The notes: generated from the sequence alone by a model not told the origin. 62,485 bases of DNA from Anaerolineae bacterium (GCA_015486845.1 WFQU01000032.1:1-62485), one strand, 5' to 3'. Positions 33,905 through 43,522 are shown, numbered from the stretch's first letter. Numbers and translations are program-made.

Positions 33905-34552
33905 TCAGGCAAGGACTGGTTTTGCTTTCTTTTCCTTGATGATGAATTGACAGCTATTGGCGCCATCCATCATGCACTTGCTTTGCTTCACCTCGGCGTG
34001 CAAGATATCCGCCAGGGTTTGTGCTTCCACTAAGCAGAGCCCGCGGTGCGCCTGCGCAACATCGTGATACGGGCAATTATACAGGGATAAAACCTGGTAA
34101 TCAGCTTCTGTGTGTATATCCGTGATAATCCCTTCGCTGGTTAGGTGCTTGGCTAACTGTTGCACTCGATCAACAAGCGTCTCGCCATTGATAGTGCCCT
34201 GCAAGTTGGCATAGAGACGTTTGCTAGCGCGCTCCAGCAAGTGAAAAGCGGCTTCTTTGCCGTAGAGATGGTGCATTTCGTCTAAGAGCGCTCGCGCCAG
34301 CAAGTTATCTTGCTGGGCGAAATACTTGCGGCCCTTTTCGGTGAGTCGGTAAAGATTGCGTGGCCGACCTACGCCGCCGTGCTGACTGGTTACTCGTACC
34401 AGTTCAGCTGAGACCAAACGCGCTAATTGTTGCCGTACTGCTGAACCGGTTATGTCAAGCGTTTCGCTCAATTGTTCTGTCGTCATTGCCCTTTGCCGGT
34501 GCAACTGTTCTAAAATGCGTTGCATAGAGCTACGTCTGTTGTGCTTTTCCAT
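33905..34552 (-). CDS. sufR: SufR-like winged-helix transcriptional regulator with a C-terminal cysteine cluster
   Basis: N-terminal HTH, four C-terminal Cys (CPYH...C...C...C), and position directly upstream of sufCBDSU. Confidence 0.65.
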   Translation of the reverse strand: MEKHNRRSSMQRILEQLHRQRAMTTEQLSETLDITGSAVRQQLARLVSAELVRVTSQHGGVGRPRNLYRLTEKGRKYFAQQDNLLARALLDEMHHLYGKEAAFHLLERASKRLYANLQGTINGETLVDRVQQLAKHLTSEGIITDIHTEADYQVLSLYNCPYHDVAQAHRGLCLVEAQTLADILHAEVKQSKCMMDGANSCQFIIKEKKAKPVLA

Positions 34553-34605
34553 TTGCGTCCTTCTTGTGTGCCAGCGCTTTTCTGGTTTTCCTTTGCCTGC
34601 ACCAG

Positions 34606-34634
34606 AGTATAGGGGATCAGGATAGTTTTGTCAA
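34606..34634 (-). promoter_or_regulatory. candidate sufR promoter TTGACA-17-TATACT
   Basis: Minus-strand TTGACA (34634-34629) and TATACT (34611-34606). Confidence 0.5.
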
Positions 34635-34785
34635 TTTTAGCTTGTTAAATTGCGAAAATGTGATAACCGCTCCGAGGGTATTGTTACCACCTCCGGCAGA
34701 GGCGGATTGTGCGAGGATTGGCGCAGTTTTAACTATCGTTGTAGGTGCTTCATTCTTTAGATGGCGTTGCTCGATTTAGCTTTAC

Positions 34786-35511
34786 TCAGCGGCTACAAAC
34801 AGCATACAAGTTCAGATTGCCTTCTTTGCCGTCGGCATAGAAAGTCTCCCGCAGCACCAGTCCTGCGTTGGACGTCAAGGCGCGCAAAGCTGCTTCGTCT
34901 ATGAAATTGCAATAGCGATAGCCAGTGCCGCCCCGTTTCCAGTCCAGCAGATAGTCGTTTTTTTCGACAGCAGCGGCCGAAATGCCAGCATGGATCCAGG
35001 GCACGATTTTGCGTCGCAGGCGAGGGCTGCTGAGAAATTGCCATGTTGTGAGGACGCAGACGCCGCCCGGCGCTAACAGGCCGGCTATTTCGTTTAGAAG
35101 CGCTTGTCGGTGTTCCTGGCCGGGAATATGATGTAGAACGGCCAACATGATCACCACCTGAAAACGCTTGTGGGGCAATCTGTCGGACCAGCCCGGCTGT
35201 GCGATGTCCGTCGTCAAAAAAGTCGGCTTCACGCTTTGCAATCCGGCATTGGTTTGGCGGGCGTGTGCTAACAGCGCTTCGCTGAAATCGACGCCTATGT
35301 ATTCTACTTGCCGGTCGTGCGCCTCCAACCAGAGCGCTAAGCGGCCATTGCCGCAACCGACATCCAGTAGTGTGCATGCGGGGGGAATGTACGGTAAAAT
35401 ATGTTTTAAGCCTGGCTGGCGGGGCACGCGTGTCTCAGCGAAAGGTGTGGCAAAATCCGCGTAGAATCGTCTGTTTAAGGCTAATAATTGTTTGGCCAGT
35501 TCAAGTTTCAT
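34786..35511 (-). CDS. class I SAM-dependent methyltransferase, Trm9/ALKBH8-MT-like
   Basis: FYADFATPFAETR, LLDVGCGNG, LAVLHH and GG.CVLTTW follow the Trm9 pattern. Divergent from elp3. Confidence 0.6.
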   Translation of the reverse strand: MKLELAKQLLALNRRFYADFATPFAETRVPRQPGLKHILPYIPPACTLLDVGCGNGRLALWLEAHDRQVEYIGVDFSEALLAHARQTNAGLQSVKPTFLTTDIAQPGWSDRLPHKRFQVVIMLAVLHHIPGQEHRQALLNEIAGLLAPGGVCVLTTWQFLSSPRLRRKIVPWIHAGISAAAVEKNDYLLDWKRGGTGYRYCNFIDEAALRALTSNAGLVLRETFYADGKEGNLNLYAVCSR

Positions 35512-35577
35512 AGTGATTTAGTATCCGTGATGATTATTCTCCATAGCTATTTTGTCACGGATTATAGACGGTGGTTG

Positions 35578-37203
35578 ATGAAGCAACAAATAGAAAATAG
35601 AGAAAAGGTGACTACTTACGGCCACGTGACTGCGACAGAAGTGGAGCTAATTTTGCCGTTGTTGGAACGTATTCGCGCGGCTACTCCCTTTAACCAGGCT
35701 ATCTTAGAACATTTGGTCACGCAATGGTCTCGCGCAGAAGATCGGCCGTTGCCGGGGAAGGCCCGTTTGTTGCAAGCCTATCGGTCGTTAGTCCGGGCTG
35801 GCAAAATGCCGTACGAGCGCCGCATGACCCGGCGCTTGCAACTTAAGCCGGTGCGTACTAGCTCTGGCGTAGCGCCAGTGACGGTTCTGACCAAGCCGTA
35901 TCCTTGTCCTGGCCATTGCATCTTTTGCCCTGATGATGTGCGTATGCCGAAAAGTTATCTGCCGGATGAGCCCGGGGCGATGCGGGCGGCGATGTATGAC
36001 TTCGATCCGTTCCAGCAAACGGGTAAGCGTATCGAGGCATTTGAGAACATTGGCCACGCGGCGGAGAAAGTGGAGTTACTCATCTTAGGCGGTACTTGGT
36101 CGGCCTATCGGCATGATTATCAAGCGTGGTTTGTCAAGCGCTGTTTGGACGCTATGAATGATGTCGAAGCTGAAGATTTAGCGGCGGCTCAGCGAATCAA
36201 CGAAAAAGCGGCGCATCGTAATGTTGGCCTGGTGATCGAGACGCGGCCAGACTGGATTAATATTGACGAAGTGGTGCGGCTGCGCCGGCTGGGTGTGACG
36301 AAAGTACAATTGGGCGCGCAGAGCTTGAATGACGAGATTCTGCGCTTGAACAAGCGTGGCCATACTATGGCTGCAACCCGGCAGGCGTTGCGTTTGTTGC
36401 GCCTTGGTGGCTTCAAGATTGTGTTGCACTGGATGCCGAATCTGTTTGGGGCGACGCCACAATCCGATTTAGACGATTTTCGCCGGCTTTGGGATGACCC
36501 GACGCTACGGCCGGACGAGCTAAAGATTTATCCTACAGTCTTGCTGAAAGGTACAGAGCTTTATGCTTTGTGGCAACAAGGTCGTTACCGGCCGTACGCA
36601 GACGAAGAGTTGCTTGATTTGATGATCCGAATCAAGCAACTGATTCCCCGCTATTGCCGACTAAATCGGTTGATGCGTGATATTCCCACACCGAATATCG
36701 TTGCTGGCTACAAACACACGAATCTGCGTCAAATCGTGCAGCAGCGAATGGCCAAGCAAGGCGTGCGTTGCCAATGTGTGCGTTGCCGGGAAGTGCGCCG
36801 GCAGGAAGTGCAGCCGGAGGCGTTACATATGGAGATTGTTCCGTACGAAACAGATGTCACGGAGGAATTTTTTCTGAGCTATGTGACGCCGGATGACAAG
36901 ATTGCTGGCTTTTTACGGTTGTCGTTGCCGAAAGCGACAGCGGAACCGGTTGTGGAAGAATTATACGACCGGGCGATGATCAGAGAAGTGCATGTTTACG
37001 GTCCGGCGCTGCGCATCGGCGGCGATAGCCGGGGTGATGCCCAGCATGCGGGCTTGGGTACGTTGCTTATTGAGCAGGCAAAGCAAATTGCGCGCGAGCA
37101 CGACTTTCGCTATTTGGCGGTCATCGCGGCCATTGGCACGCGGGAGTACTATCGCAGCAAAGGTTTTCAGTTAGAGGAATTGTACATGCATATTGCGTTG
37201 TAA
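35578..37203 (+). CDS. elp3: Elp3-type radical SAM / GNAT acetyltransferase (tRNA U34 cm5 modification enzyme homologue)
   Basis: Radical SAM CPGHCIFC, Elp3 core and C-terminal GNAT QHAGLGTLLIEQAK. ATG 35578 avoids overlap with the divergent gene. Confidence 0.85.
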   Translation: MKQQIENREKVTTYGHVTATEVELILPLLERIRAATPFNQAILEHLVTQWSRAEDRPLPGKARLLQAYRSLVRAGKMPYERRMTRRLQLKPVRTSSGVAPVTVLTKPYPCPGHCIFCPDDVRMPKSYLPDEPGAMRAAMYDFDPFQQTGKRIEAFENIGHAAEKVELLILGGTWSAYRHDYQAWFVKRCLDAMNDVEAEDLAAAQRINEKAAHRNVGLVIETRPDWINIDEVVRLRRLGVTKVQLGAQSLNDEILRLNKRGHTMAATRQALRLLRLGGFKIVLHWMPNLFGATPQSDLDDFRRLWDDPTLRPDELKIYPTVLLKGTELYALWQQGRYRPYADEELLDLMIRIKQLIPRYCRLNRLMRDIPTPNIVAGYKHTNLRQIVQQRMAKQGVRCQCVRCREVRRQEVQPEALHMEIVPYETDVTEEFFLSYVTPDDKIAGFLRLSLPKATAEPVVEELYDRAMIREVHVYGPALRIGGDSRGDAQHAGLGTLLIEQAKQIAREHDFRYLAVIAAIGTREYYRSKGFQLEELYMHIAL

Positions 37204-37395
37204 CTGTTTATGATAGGGCTCTCCCGAAAAAAGCCCTTTCACCGTGAGGTTGCTGAGAACGCAGAGAAAAAGTAAAAGGTTTCGGAAGCAAATAATTGCT
37301 GAGATCTCACTGTGTTAACCTCTATGCGCTTCGTGTGAGCTTTTTCGGTAGAACCATGATTAGTTATTCTGAGCACATGAAATGAGGAGAGAACG

Positions 37396-38346
37396 ATGAT
37401 CGCTTTCGGGCCGGTTCCATCCCGGCGTTTAGGACGTAGTTTGGGTATCAATAATATTCCTGCTAAAATTTGTACCTTTTCCTGTGTTTACTGTCAATTA
37501 GGCAAGACGCTGCAAATGCAAATCGAGCGCCAGTCGTTTTACGAGCCGGAGCGAATTGCCGCAGAAGTTGCGGACAAAGTCAAAGAGGCGAAGCAACGAG
37601 GCGAGACTATCGATTACCTGACGTTTGTTCCCGACGGCGAGCCGACGTTGGATGAGCAACTGGGCCGGGAAATTGAGCTTCTGCGCCCCCTTGGTATCCG
37701 CATCGCTGTCATTACCAATGCTTCGCTCATGGATCAGCCGGCTGTACGAGAAGCTTTGTTGCTGGCGGATTGGGTTTCGCTGAAAGTGGACGCGGTGACC
37801 GAGTCAATTTGGCGTCGCGTGGATCGTCCCCAACGTACATTGCCTTTGGTAGCTTTACACACGGGCATGCTGGACTTCGCAGCTGCCTTCCGGGGTGAAT
37901 TAGCTACAGAAACTATGTTGGTGCGTGGCGTTAACGATAGCGAAACGGAAATGATGCCTGTGGCAACGTTCTTGCAGCAACTCGCGCCGCATAAAGCGTA
38001 TATTGCCGTGCCGACACGCCCTCCGGCCGAGACCTGGGTGCAGCCGCCTACTTCGGAAGCGGTTGTGGCTGCGTATCATATTTTCAGCAGCGCTCTGGGA
38101 GCAGAGCGGGTGGAATACCTCATTGGCTACGAAGGGGATGCTTTCGCGTTCACTGGTCACGTGGAAGAAGATTTGCTGAGCATTACCGCTGTCCATCCTA
38201 TGCGCAAACAAGCGGTGGACGCGTTTTTGCAGAAGGCCGGCGCTGATTGGGGTGTTGTGCAGCGGTTGATCGCCGCCGGGAAGATGATCGAACTGGCCTA
38301 CGGTGGACACACCTTTTATATGCGTAAACTGCCCGGTCGACAATAA
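37396..38346 (+). CDS. radical SAM protein, subfamily unclear
   Basis: N-terminal GPVPSRRLGRSLGI and CTFSCVYC (CxxxCxxC). Confidence 0.7.
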   Translation: MIAFGPVPSRRLGRSLGINNIPAKICTFSCVYCQLGKTLQMQIERQSFYEPERIAAEVADKVKEAKQRGETIDYLTFVPDGEPTLDEQLGREIELLRPLGIRIAVITNASLMDQPAVREALLLADWVSLKVDAVTESIWRRVDRPQRTLPLVALHTGMLDFAAAFRGELATETMLVRGVNDSETEMMPVATFLQQLAPHKAYIAVPTRPPAETWVQPPTSEAVVAAYHIFSSALGAERVEYLIGYEGDAFAFTGHVEEDLLSITAVHPMRKQAVDAFLQKAGADWGVVQRLIAAGKMIELAYGGHTFYMRKLPGRQ

Positions 38347-38449
38347 ACGGCTGACGCGCGAGCTGAAGTGGTTGGCATGGCTGCCGTGCCAACCACTTGT
38401 TCCCGTCTGAACGCTGTCAAGCTCTGCAACACTTGGCAGCGTGGCGTGT

Positions 38450-38917
38450 TTAGCCGATAGCGCGTTGCTTATATGTTTCGTAATCGGGGATAATACGTTC
38501 GTATGCCTCGGCCATAAGCGGGGAAGAAAAAATGAAATCGGCCGAAGCCCGATCGTTAGCGATGAGTACATTCCAGACTACCGCGATGCGCAGCAATGCT
38601 TTGACGTCGGGATCGTGAGGTTGCGGTTCCAGTGGATCCCAGAAAAAGACCAGGACGTCGATTAATCCCTCGGAAATTAGTGCTCCGATTTGCAGGTCGC
38701 CGCCCAAAGGACCGCTTTCCGTTTTGCGGATAGGAATATCTAATTCCCGTTCCAGTATTTTGCCGGTGGTACCTGTCGCATAGAGTTCATGTTGTGCTAA
38801 AAGATCTCTGTTGAACAGAGCCCACTCTAATAAATTATGTTTCATCCTATCGTGAGCAACCAGCGCAATGCGTTTTTTCTTGGCCATAGCCAAGGCCTTG
38901 TGTGTTTTACTTTCCAT
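38450..38917 (-). CDS. mgsA: methylglyoxal synthase
   Basis: IALVAHD, LYATGTTG, GPLGGD and DPLEPQPHDPD motifs. Confidence 0.9.
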   Translation of the reverse strand: MESKTHKALAMAKKKRIALVAHDRMKHNLLEWALFNRDLLAQHELYATGTTGKILERELDIPIRKTESGPLGGDLQIGALISEGLIDVLVFFWDPLEPQPHDPDVKALLRIAVVWNVLIANDRASADFIFSSPLMAEAYERIIPDYETYKQRAIG

Positions 38918-38961
38918 GTTTTTCCCCTTGATTCTGTCGCTAAGTCCTATCGACTTACTCA

Positions 38962-39480
38962 TTACTCGCCGTATTTGGCGAAATGTGCTTGTTCACGTTT
39001 TCTGCGGCCTAGCCGTTCTTGGCGGCGTAGAGCTGCCTCTTCGTAACGCCGTTTCTCTGCCTTGGTTTCCGGAATGACCGGCGGAACGGGTAATTTATCC
39101 CCTTTGGCATCTAAAGCGACAAAAGTAAGGTGTGCTGACGTACAATGGCGTCGTTCCCCGGTTAGCGGGTTTTCTGCATCGATGCGTACGCCAATTTCCA
39201 TCGAAGTGCGGAAAGCACGATTGACCGATGCTTGCAATGTGACAATTTCGCCCTGGTGGATTGGTGTCAGGAAATGCAGGTCGTCCATGGAAGCGGTCAC
39301 GACAGTGGTGCGGCAATGGCGCACTGCCGCGATGCCGGCGCACATATCGATCCATTGGGCGACTTTACCGCCGAACGCCGTGCCTAAATTGTTCGTGTCT
39401 GGAGGCAGAACCAACTCGGTCATTTCAACCTGGGAAAGGCGTACCGGCTTTCCCTTCGCTTTAGCTGTGTTTTCGGGCAT
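38962..39480 (-). CDS. acyl-CoA thioesterase (hotdog fold, YciA/BFIT-like)
   Basis: LVLPPDTNNLGTAFGGKVAQWID motif, 172 aa. Confidence 0.8.
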   Translation of the reverse strand: MPENTAKAKGKPVRLSQVEMTELVLPPDTNNLGTAFGGKVAQWIDMCAGIAAVRHCRTTVVTASMDDLHFLTPIHQGEIVTLQASVNRAFRTSMEIGVRIDAENPLTGERRHCTSAHLTFVALDAKGDKLPVPPVIPETKAEKRRYEEAALRRQERLGRRKREQAHFAKYGE

Positions 39481-39486
39481 CGTTAG

Positions 39487-40077
39487 CTATGTTCTCGCGG
39501 CTTCGTGGGCCAGAATAATAGCTTCGGCGACAGCACGCATTGATTTTCGGTTGTCCATGCTCATTTTTTGGATGCGACGGAATGCGACTGTTTCTTTCAG
39601 TCCCTGTTCGTCCATCAAAATGCCTTTGGCTCGATCTACCAATTTGCGCGTTTCTAAGGCTTCTTGCAAATTACCTACTTTTTCTTCCAACGCATGAAAT
39701 TCCTGGAAACGGGCTAATGCCACTTCAATGGTTGGCGGCAAGTCACTTTCGCGGAACGGTTTCACCAAGTAACTCACTACGCCGGCCTCCTGAGCCCGTT
39801 TTACCAAGTCCTGTTGGCTATAAGCACTGAGCAAGATAACTGGGGCGATGTCTTCTTCGGTCAAAATACGCGCTACGTCGATACCGTCCATTTTTTCGCC
39901 TTCGAATTTAATATCTGTGATGACAACGTCTGGACGTAATTCACGCGCTAAATTCACGACACTGCGAGCATCCCCTGTTTCACCGACTACTAAATAACCT
40001 TGACTGGTGAGCATTTCTCGCAAATCCATGCGGATTAACGATTCATCGTCAGCAATAATGATTCGCACACGCTCCAT
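39487..40077 (-). CDS. pdtaR: response regulator with ANTAR RNA-binding output domain (PdtaR-like)
   Basis: REC domain IIIADDE...D...K plus a C-terminal ANTAR segment. ATG 40077 is preceded by AGGAGGGG. Confidence 0.85.
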   Translation of the reverse strand: MERVRIIIADDESLIRMDLREMLTSQGYLVVGETGDARSVVNLARELRPDVVITDIKFEGEKMDGIDVARILTEEDIAPVILLSAYSQQDLVKRAQEAGVVSYLVKPFRESDLPPTIEVALARFQEFHALEEKVGNLQEALETRKLVDRAKGILMDEQGLKETVAFRRIQKMSMDNRKSMRAVAEAIILAHEAART

Positions 40078-40099
40078 AGTGTTTCCCCTCCTACTGGAA

Positions 40100-40603
40100 A
40101 TAAACTGCTCTGGAGGGTAGCCGAAGGCAATGCCCTCGGCTACCCTCTCCTCCGAAAAGATAGAATGCTGATCAACGTTGATACACGCTGATCTCAAATA
40201 TACTAGGCCAGCAATACGAAAATAGTCTCCTCAAGATCACTTGACGGAGCGGCATCGAGGCTTTAGCCGGTGATAGCCCCACCAACCCACCTAAAGGCTT
40301 GACTACCCATGCCCGGCGGCTTTCAGCCCCGGGCATGGGTAGTCAAGCCTAAGCCCGCTGAAGCGGGCTGCCTCACCAATGCCCCCTTCAGCGGGTGCCT
40401 CATCATGTAGCACGGAGCTTTGAGCTCCGGGCGCCCTCCGGCTCCTAATTCTGGGGGTGTGTTGCTCCCCCCAAAGTTGGGGGATAGGGGGCGTTTTCAG
40501 CCGCTGTGGTGTGCCTGTCTGCGTGCCCGCACAGGCAGGCCGCCGGCTCATGATGAATCCCTTGAAAATGGTTGATGCAAAGGTGCAAAGCGTCTAAAAA
40601 AGG
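40100..40603. repeat. mosaic repeat block R9 between pdtaS and pdtaR
   Basis: Long hairpin at 40112-40150, then M1, F6 and F4. Also a 21 bp perfect inverted repeat at 40296-40349, F3-like hairpins, F2 inverted, F13, F5 with a nested insert, and F7. Confidence 0.9.
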
Positions 40604-40719
40604 CAAGTAACACACTTTACTTTTTGATTCTAATGAGCACGTAACCACAATCCGGCGGAACAAAACGAACCATGCCACGGTCAATGATTTTATACAAATG
40701 CTTTGCTAAACTAACCACT

Positions 40720-42273
40720 TCACTTTTTTGCGAACGTCACTTTAGCAATTGTACCATTTCTACCCTGTTCAAGCGAAAAGGCACCGCTTAAATCGTGTTT
40801 TGCTAAGGATTGGATAATTTGCAGGCCTAAGCTTCGTTCTGGCACACCTTGCCAACTTTCCGGCAGGCCTTGTCCGTTATCTTCCACAATTAACTCACCT
40901 TGTTTACCCCAGTCGTGCAATCGGACGGTTACTTCGCCGGTTTCTTGTTCTACAAAAGCATGTTCCAAGGCATTGAGTAACAATTCGTTGATCACCAAAG
41001 CCAGTGCAGTGGCTTCTTGGGCCGGCAGAAAAACAGCCTCCCCTTCACAGCGGATGTGCACGTCGTGTTCCTCTTGCGCCGTGATCTCGCTGACCTGGAC
41101 GACGATGCGCCGGCAAACCTCTCGCATGTTGATGGTTTGTCCCTGGGCGTGTGAGAGGAAATCGTGGATGACAGCGACAGAGCGCACACGTCCGATGGCT
41201 TCTTGCAGCATTTGGCGGGTTTCTGGTTGCTGGGCTCGCCGGCTTTGCATGCGCAGAAGCGAGGCTACCGTTTGCAAGTTGTTTTTTACCCGATGATGTA
41301 TTTCCTTGATCATTGTGTTCTTTGTTTCCAATGCTTGCTGGGCGGCACGTATCGCGGTGATGTCGTGGATGAGAATCAATGATCCCAGTGGCCGGTCTGC
41401 ATGACGCGGCCAGCGCCAGCCTCTGAGCTGCAGCCTGATGCGTTCGCCCAGCGCCGGGGTGTGGTATAGCGGAATAACTTGTTTGATGAGGATCCGGCCA
41501 TGCTCTGTGACTTCCTCTTCCCGGCAGCAGCCGCCGTGGCCTGCTTCGATCACCATGAGATTATCGATGTTCTGCAGATCCGCTAACCGCCAGCCTCGTA
41601 GATCGCCCATGTAGCCCATTTTCCGGTAAATATTGGCCGCCACGCCGCTTAGATAGCGGATGTAGCGCTGACCATCGACCAAAATGATGCCGTCCCCGCC
41701 GCTGAAGCGATGGCCTAATGTGTTGGCCATGGGTAAACGGGTTTCTCGCCCCATTTGTTGTAGCCAGCGGACGGCGTGTTGGAATAAGGCGTCTCTGTTT
41801 TCCTGACGAGCCGCGGCTAATTGCGTGGCTTCGATGGCTAAAACGGCTACGATTTCCCCCTTGGTCGGTGCTAAGGGCCAATATGTACTCACTAAAGAGG
41901 CTTCTGTGGCGCTGAGCTGTCGTTGTATGGCAATGTGACGGCCTGTCTTTCGGACATGATATATCAATGTTTGTTCAGATTCAGTTGCCACTGCGCCGCT
42001 GCGTTCCTGGGGGTAAACCGGTGCAACGGAATGGGGCTGGGCATGAGAAACAATGCGTATTTGATTGTGGCAGAGCAAAAAAATAAGGGCGTCGGACCGG
42101 CTGATATCGGCAACCAGTTGTAATCCCTTGTGAACGTTGACTAAATAAGCGCGTTGTTGCTCCGTGAGCTCTGGGCAGCGAGAGACTTCTTCGTCAAACA
42201 TGACTTGCCCCGATTCTTTCCTGGAGAGGCGCGTCGTAAAGCAAGCGCACGTCTCAGTTTTGGCTATAGTCAT
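40720..42273 (-). CDS. pdtaS: sensor histidine kinase, HisKA_2 type (PdtaS-like)
   Basis: HHRVKNNLQTVASLLRMQ H-box, C-terminal HATPase, N-terminal GAF/PAS-like region. Confidence 0.8.
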   Translation of the reverse strand: MTIAKTETCACFTTRLSRKESGQVMFDEEVSRCPELTEQQRAYLVNVHKGLQLVADISRSDALIFLLCHNQIRIVSHAQPHSVAPVYPQERSGAVATESEQTLIYHVRKTGRHIAIQRQLSATEASLVSTYWPLAPTKGEIVAVLAIEATQLAAARQENRDALFQHAVRWLQQMGRETRLPMANTLGHRFSGGDGIILVDGQRYIRYLSGVAANIYRKMGYMGDLRGWRLADLQNIDNLMVIEAGHGGCCREEEVTEHGRILIKQVIPLYHTPALGERIRLQLRGWRWPRHADRPLGSLILIHDITAIRAAQQALETKNTMIKEIHHRVKNNLQTVASLLRMQSRRAQQPETRQMLQEAIGRVRSVAVIHDFLSHAQGQTINMREVCRRIVVQVSEITAQEEHDVHIRCEGEAVFLPAQEATALALVINELLLNALEHAFVEQETGEVTVRLHDWGKQGELIVEDNGQGLPESWQGVPERSLGLQIIQSLAKHDLSGAFSLEQGRNGTIAKVTFAKK

Positions 42274-42320
42274 AAAATTAGGCCGAAGGATGATTGTCCC
42301 TTCGACCTATCCTTGTACTG

Positions 42321-42394
42321 TCGGGGCGAGAGGATTTGAACCTCCGACCACTTGAACCCCATTCAAGTGCGCTACCTGACTGCGCTACGCCCCG
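42321..42394 (-). tRNA. tRNA-Pro (anticodon GGG); CCA not encoded
   Basis: Minus-strand CGGGGCG-TA-GCGC-AGTCAGGTA-GCGC-A-CTTGA-ATGGGGT-TCAAG-TGGTC-GGAGG-TTCAAAT-CCTCT-CGCCCCG-A folds as a canonical cloverleaf. Confidence 0.9.
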
Positions 42395-42504
42395 TCGACT
42401 GCCAGACATTATAGCGCATGCCCGGTAAAACGCAAATTGGAATCGCAGCTTGTCAATGATTTTAAACCTGTAGATTGGAAGACAAGCGGGGCCGCTTTTT
42501 CTTT

Positions 42505-42531
42505 TTGCGAAACAAGGACCAACGGTATAAT
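42505..42531 (+). promoter_or_regulatory. candidate promoter with a perfect TATAAT 7 nt before ATG 42539 (possible leaderless mRNA)
   Basis: TATAAT 42526-42531. Weak -35 (TTGCGA/TTTGCG) with a 15-16 nt spacer. Confidence 0.35.
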
Positions 42532-42538
42532 AGCTGGC

Positions 42539-43522
42539 ATGAGAAACGAAATAGATTTATGCGAGTATGGTTCTAAAGGCGAAAGGTATTGTCCGCAATG
42601 TCATGCGCGGGTTTCTCTGCGCGCGACAGCGTGTTTCATGTGTGGTGCGCCGCTCTACGAAACAAAGCTGCCCTTTTGGCAACGTTGGTTGCAACGTTGG
42701 GCAAGAGTCAGTGTGATCGTTGCACTTTTTCTGCTGTTGGGGCTTGTTGCCCAGTTGTACTGGCCGCGCATCCAGTCTCGAACGAGCGTCGCTAAACAAC
42801 AAGTGCTTGCATGGGCTGCGACAGCTACTGCGACGGTTACACCAACCGTAACGCCGTCACTGTTGACCCCTACGCCAACTTGCACGCCGACGCTTACGCC
42901 AACGCCGACCGTGACGGCTACGCCGACGGCCATTGTTTATACTGTTATATCTGGGGACACCATGGAGCAAATCGCATTGACTTATGGTGTCTCGGTGGAA
43001 GCCATTAAGAAAGCTAACGGCTTACAGAGTGATTTCTTAGTTGTAGGCGATCGCCTGTTCATTCCGAAATTTCAAGCTAGCCCACAAAGGGCACAGTTAG
43101 GTTCGAAAACGACTGTAGGGCAGCCCAATAGCGGTGCTGATTTATCTCTGCCCGCTAATCAAGATGCTGCGCTCGTGCTAACGCCGGCAAGTGTTTATCC
43201 AGCGCCATTCCTAGTGTGGCCGTTGCCCGGCGAGCAGATCGCAGATCGAACGGTGTATTTTGCCTGGACTGCTCCGGCCAACTTACCCAGCAGTGCTGCG
43301 TATTTATTGCGCATTTGGGGCTGGCCAGACGGCGACGTAGTTCATTTTTGGCGTACGACGAACACTTTGCGTTTGCCACGCACTGCTTTGCCTGACCAGG
43401 CAGAGGGCTGCAAACAGTTCGCCTGGCAAGTGATCATTGTCCGCCGGCCGGAAGTGATTAGCAACGATGCGCAGAAAGTACTTAGCTCGCCCAGTAAAAC
43501 ACGCCGTTTCTCTTTGCCCTGA
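42539..43522 (+). CDS. zinc-ribbon / TM / PT-linker / LysM domain protein
   Basis: CPQC...CFMC zinc ribbon, TM segment VSVIVALFLLLGLVA, PT-rich linker, LysM YTVISGDTMEQIAL. The ORF track starts at TTG 42437. Confidence 0.7.
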   Translation: MRNEIDLCEYGSKGERYCPQCHARVSLRATACFMCGAPLYETKLPFWQRWLQRWARVSVIVALFLLLGLVAQLYWPRIQSRTSVAKQQVLAWAATATATVTPTVTPSLLTPTPTCTPTLTPTPTVTATPTAIVYTVISGDTMEQIALTYGVSVEAIKKANGLQSDFLVVGDRLFIPKFQASPQRAQLGSKTTVGQPNSGADLSLPANQDAALVLTPASVYPAPFLVWPLPGEQIADRTVYFAWTAPANLPSSAAYLLRIWGWPDGDVVHFWRTTNTLRLPRTALPDQAEGCKQFAWQVIIVRRPEVISNDAQKVLSSPSKTRRFSLP

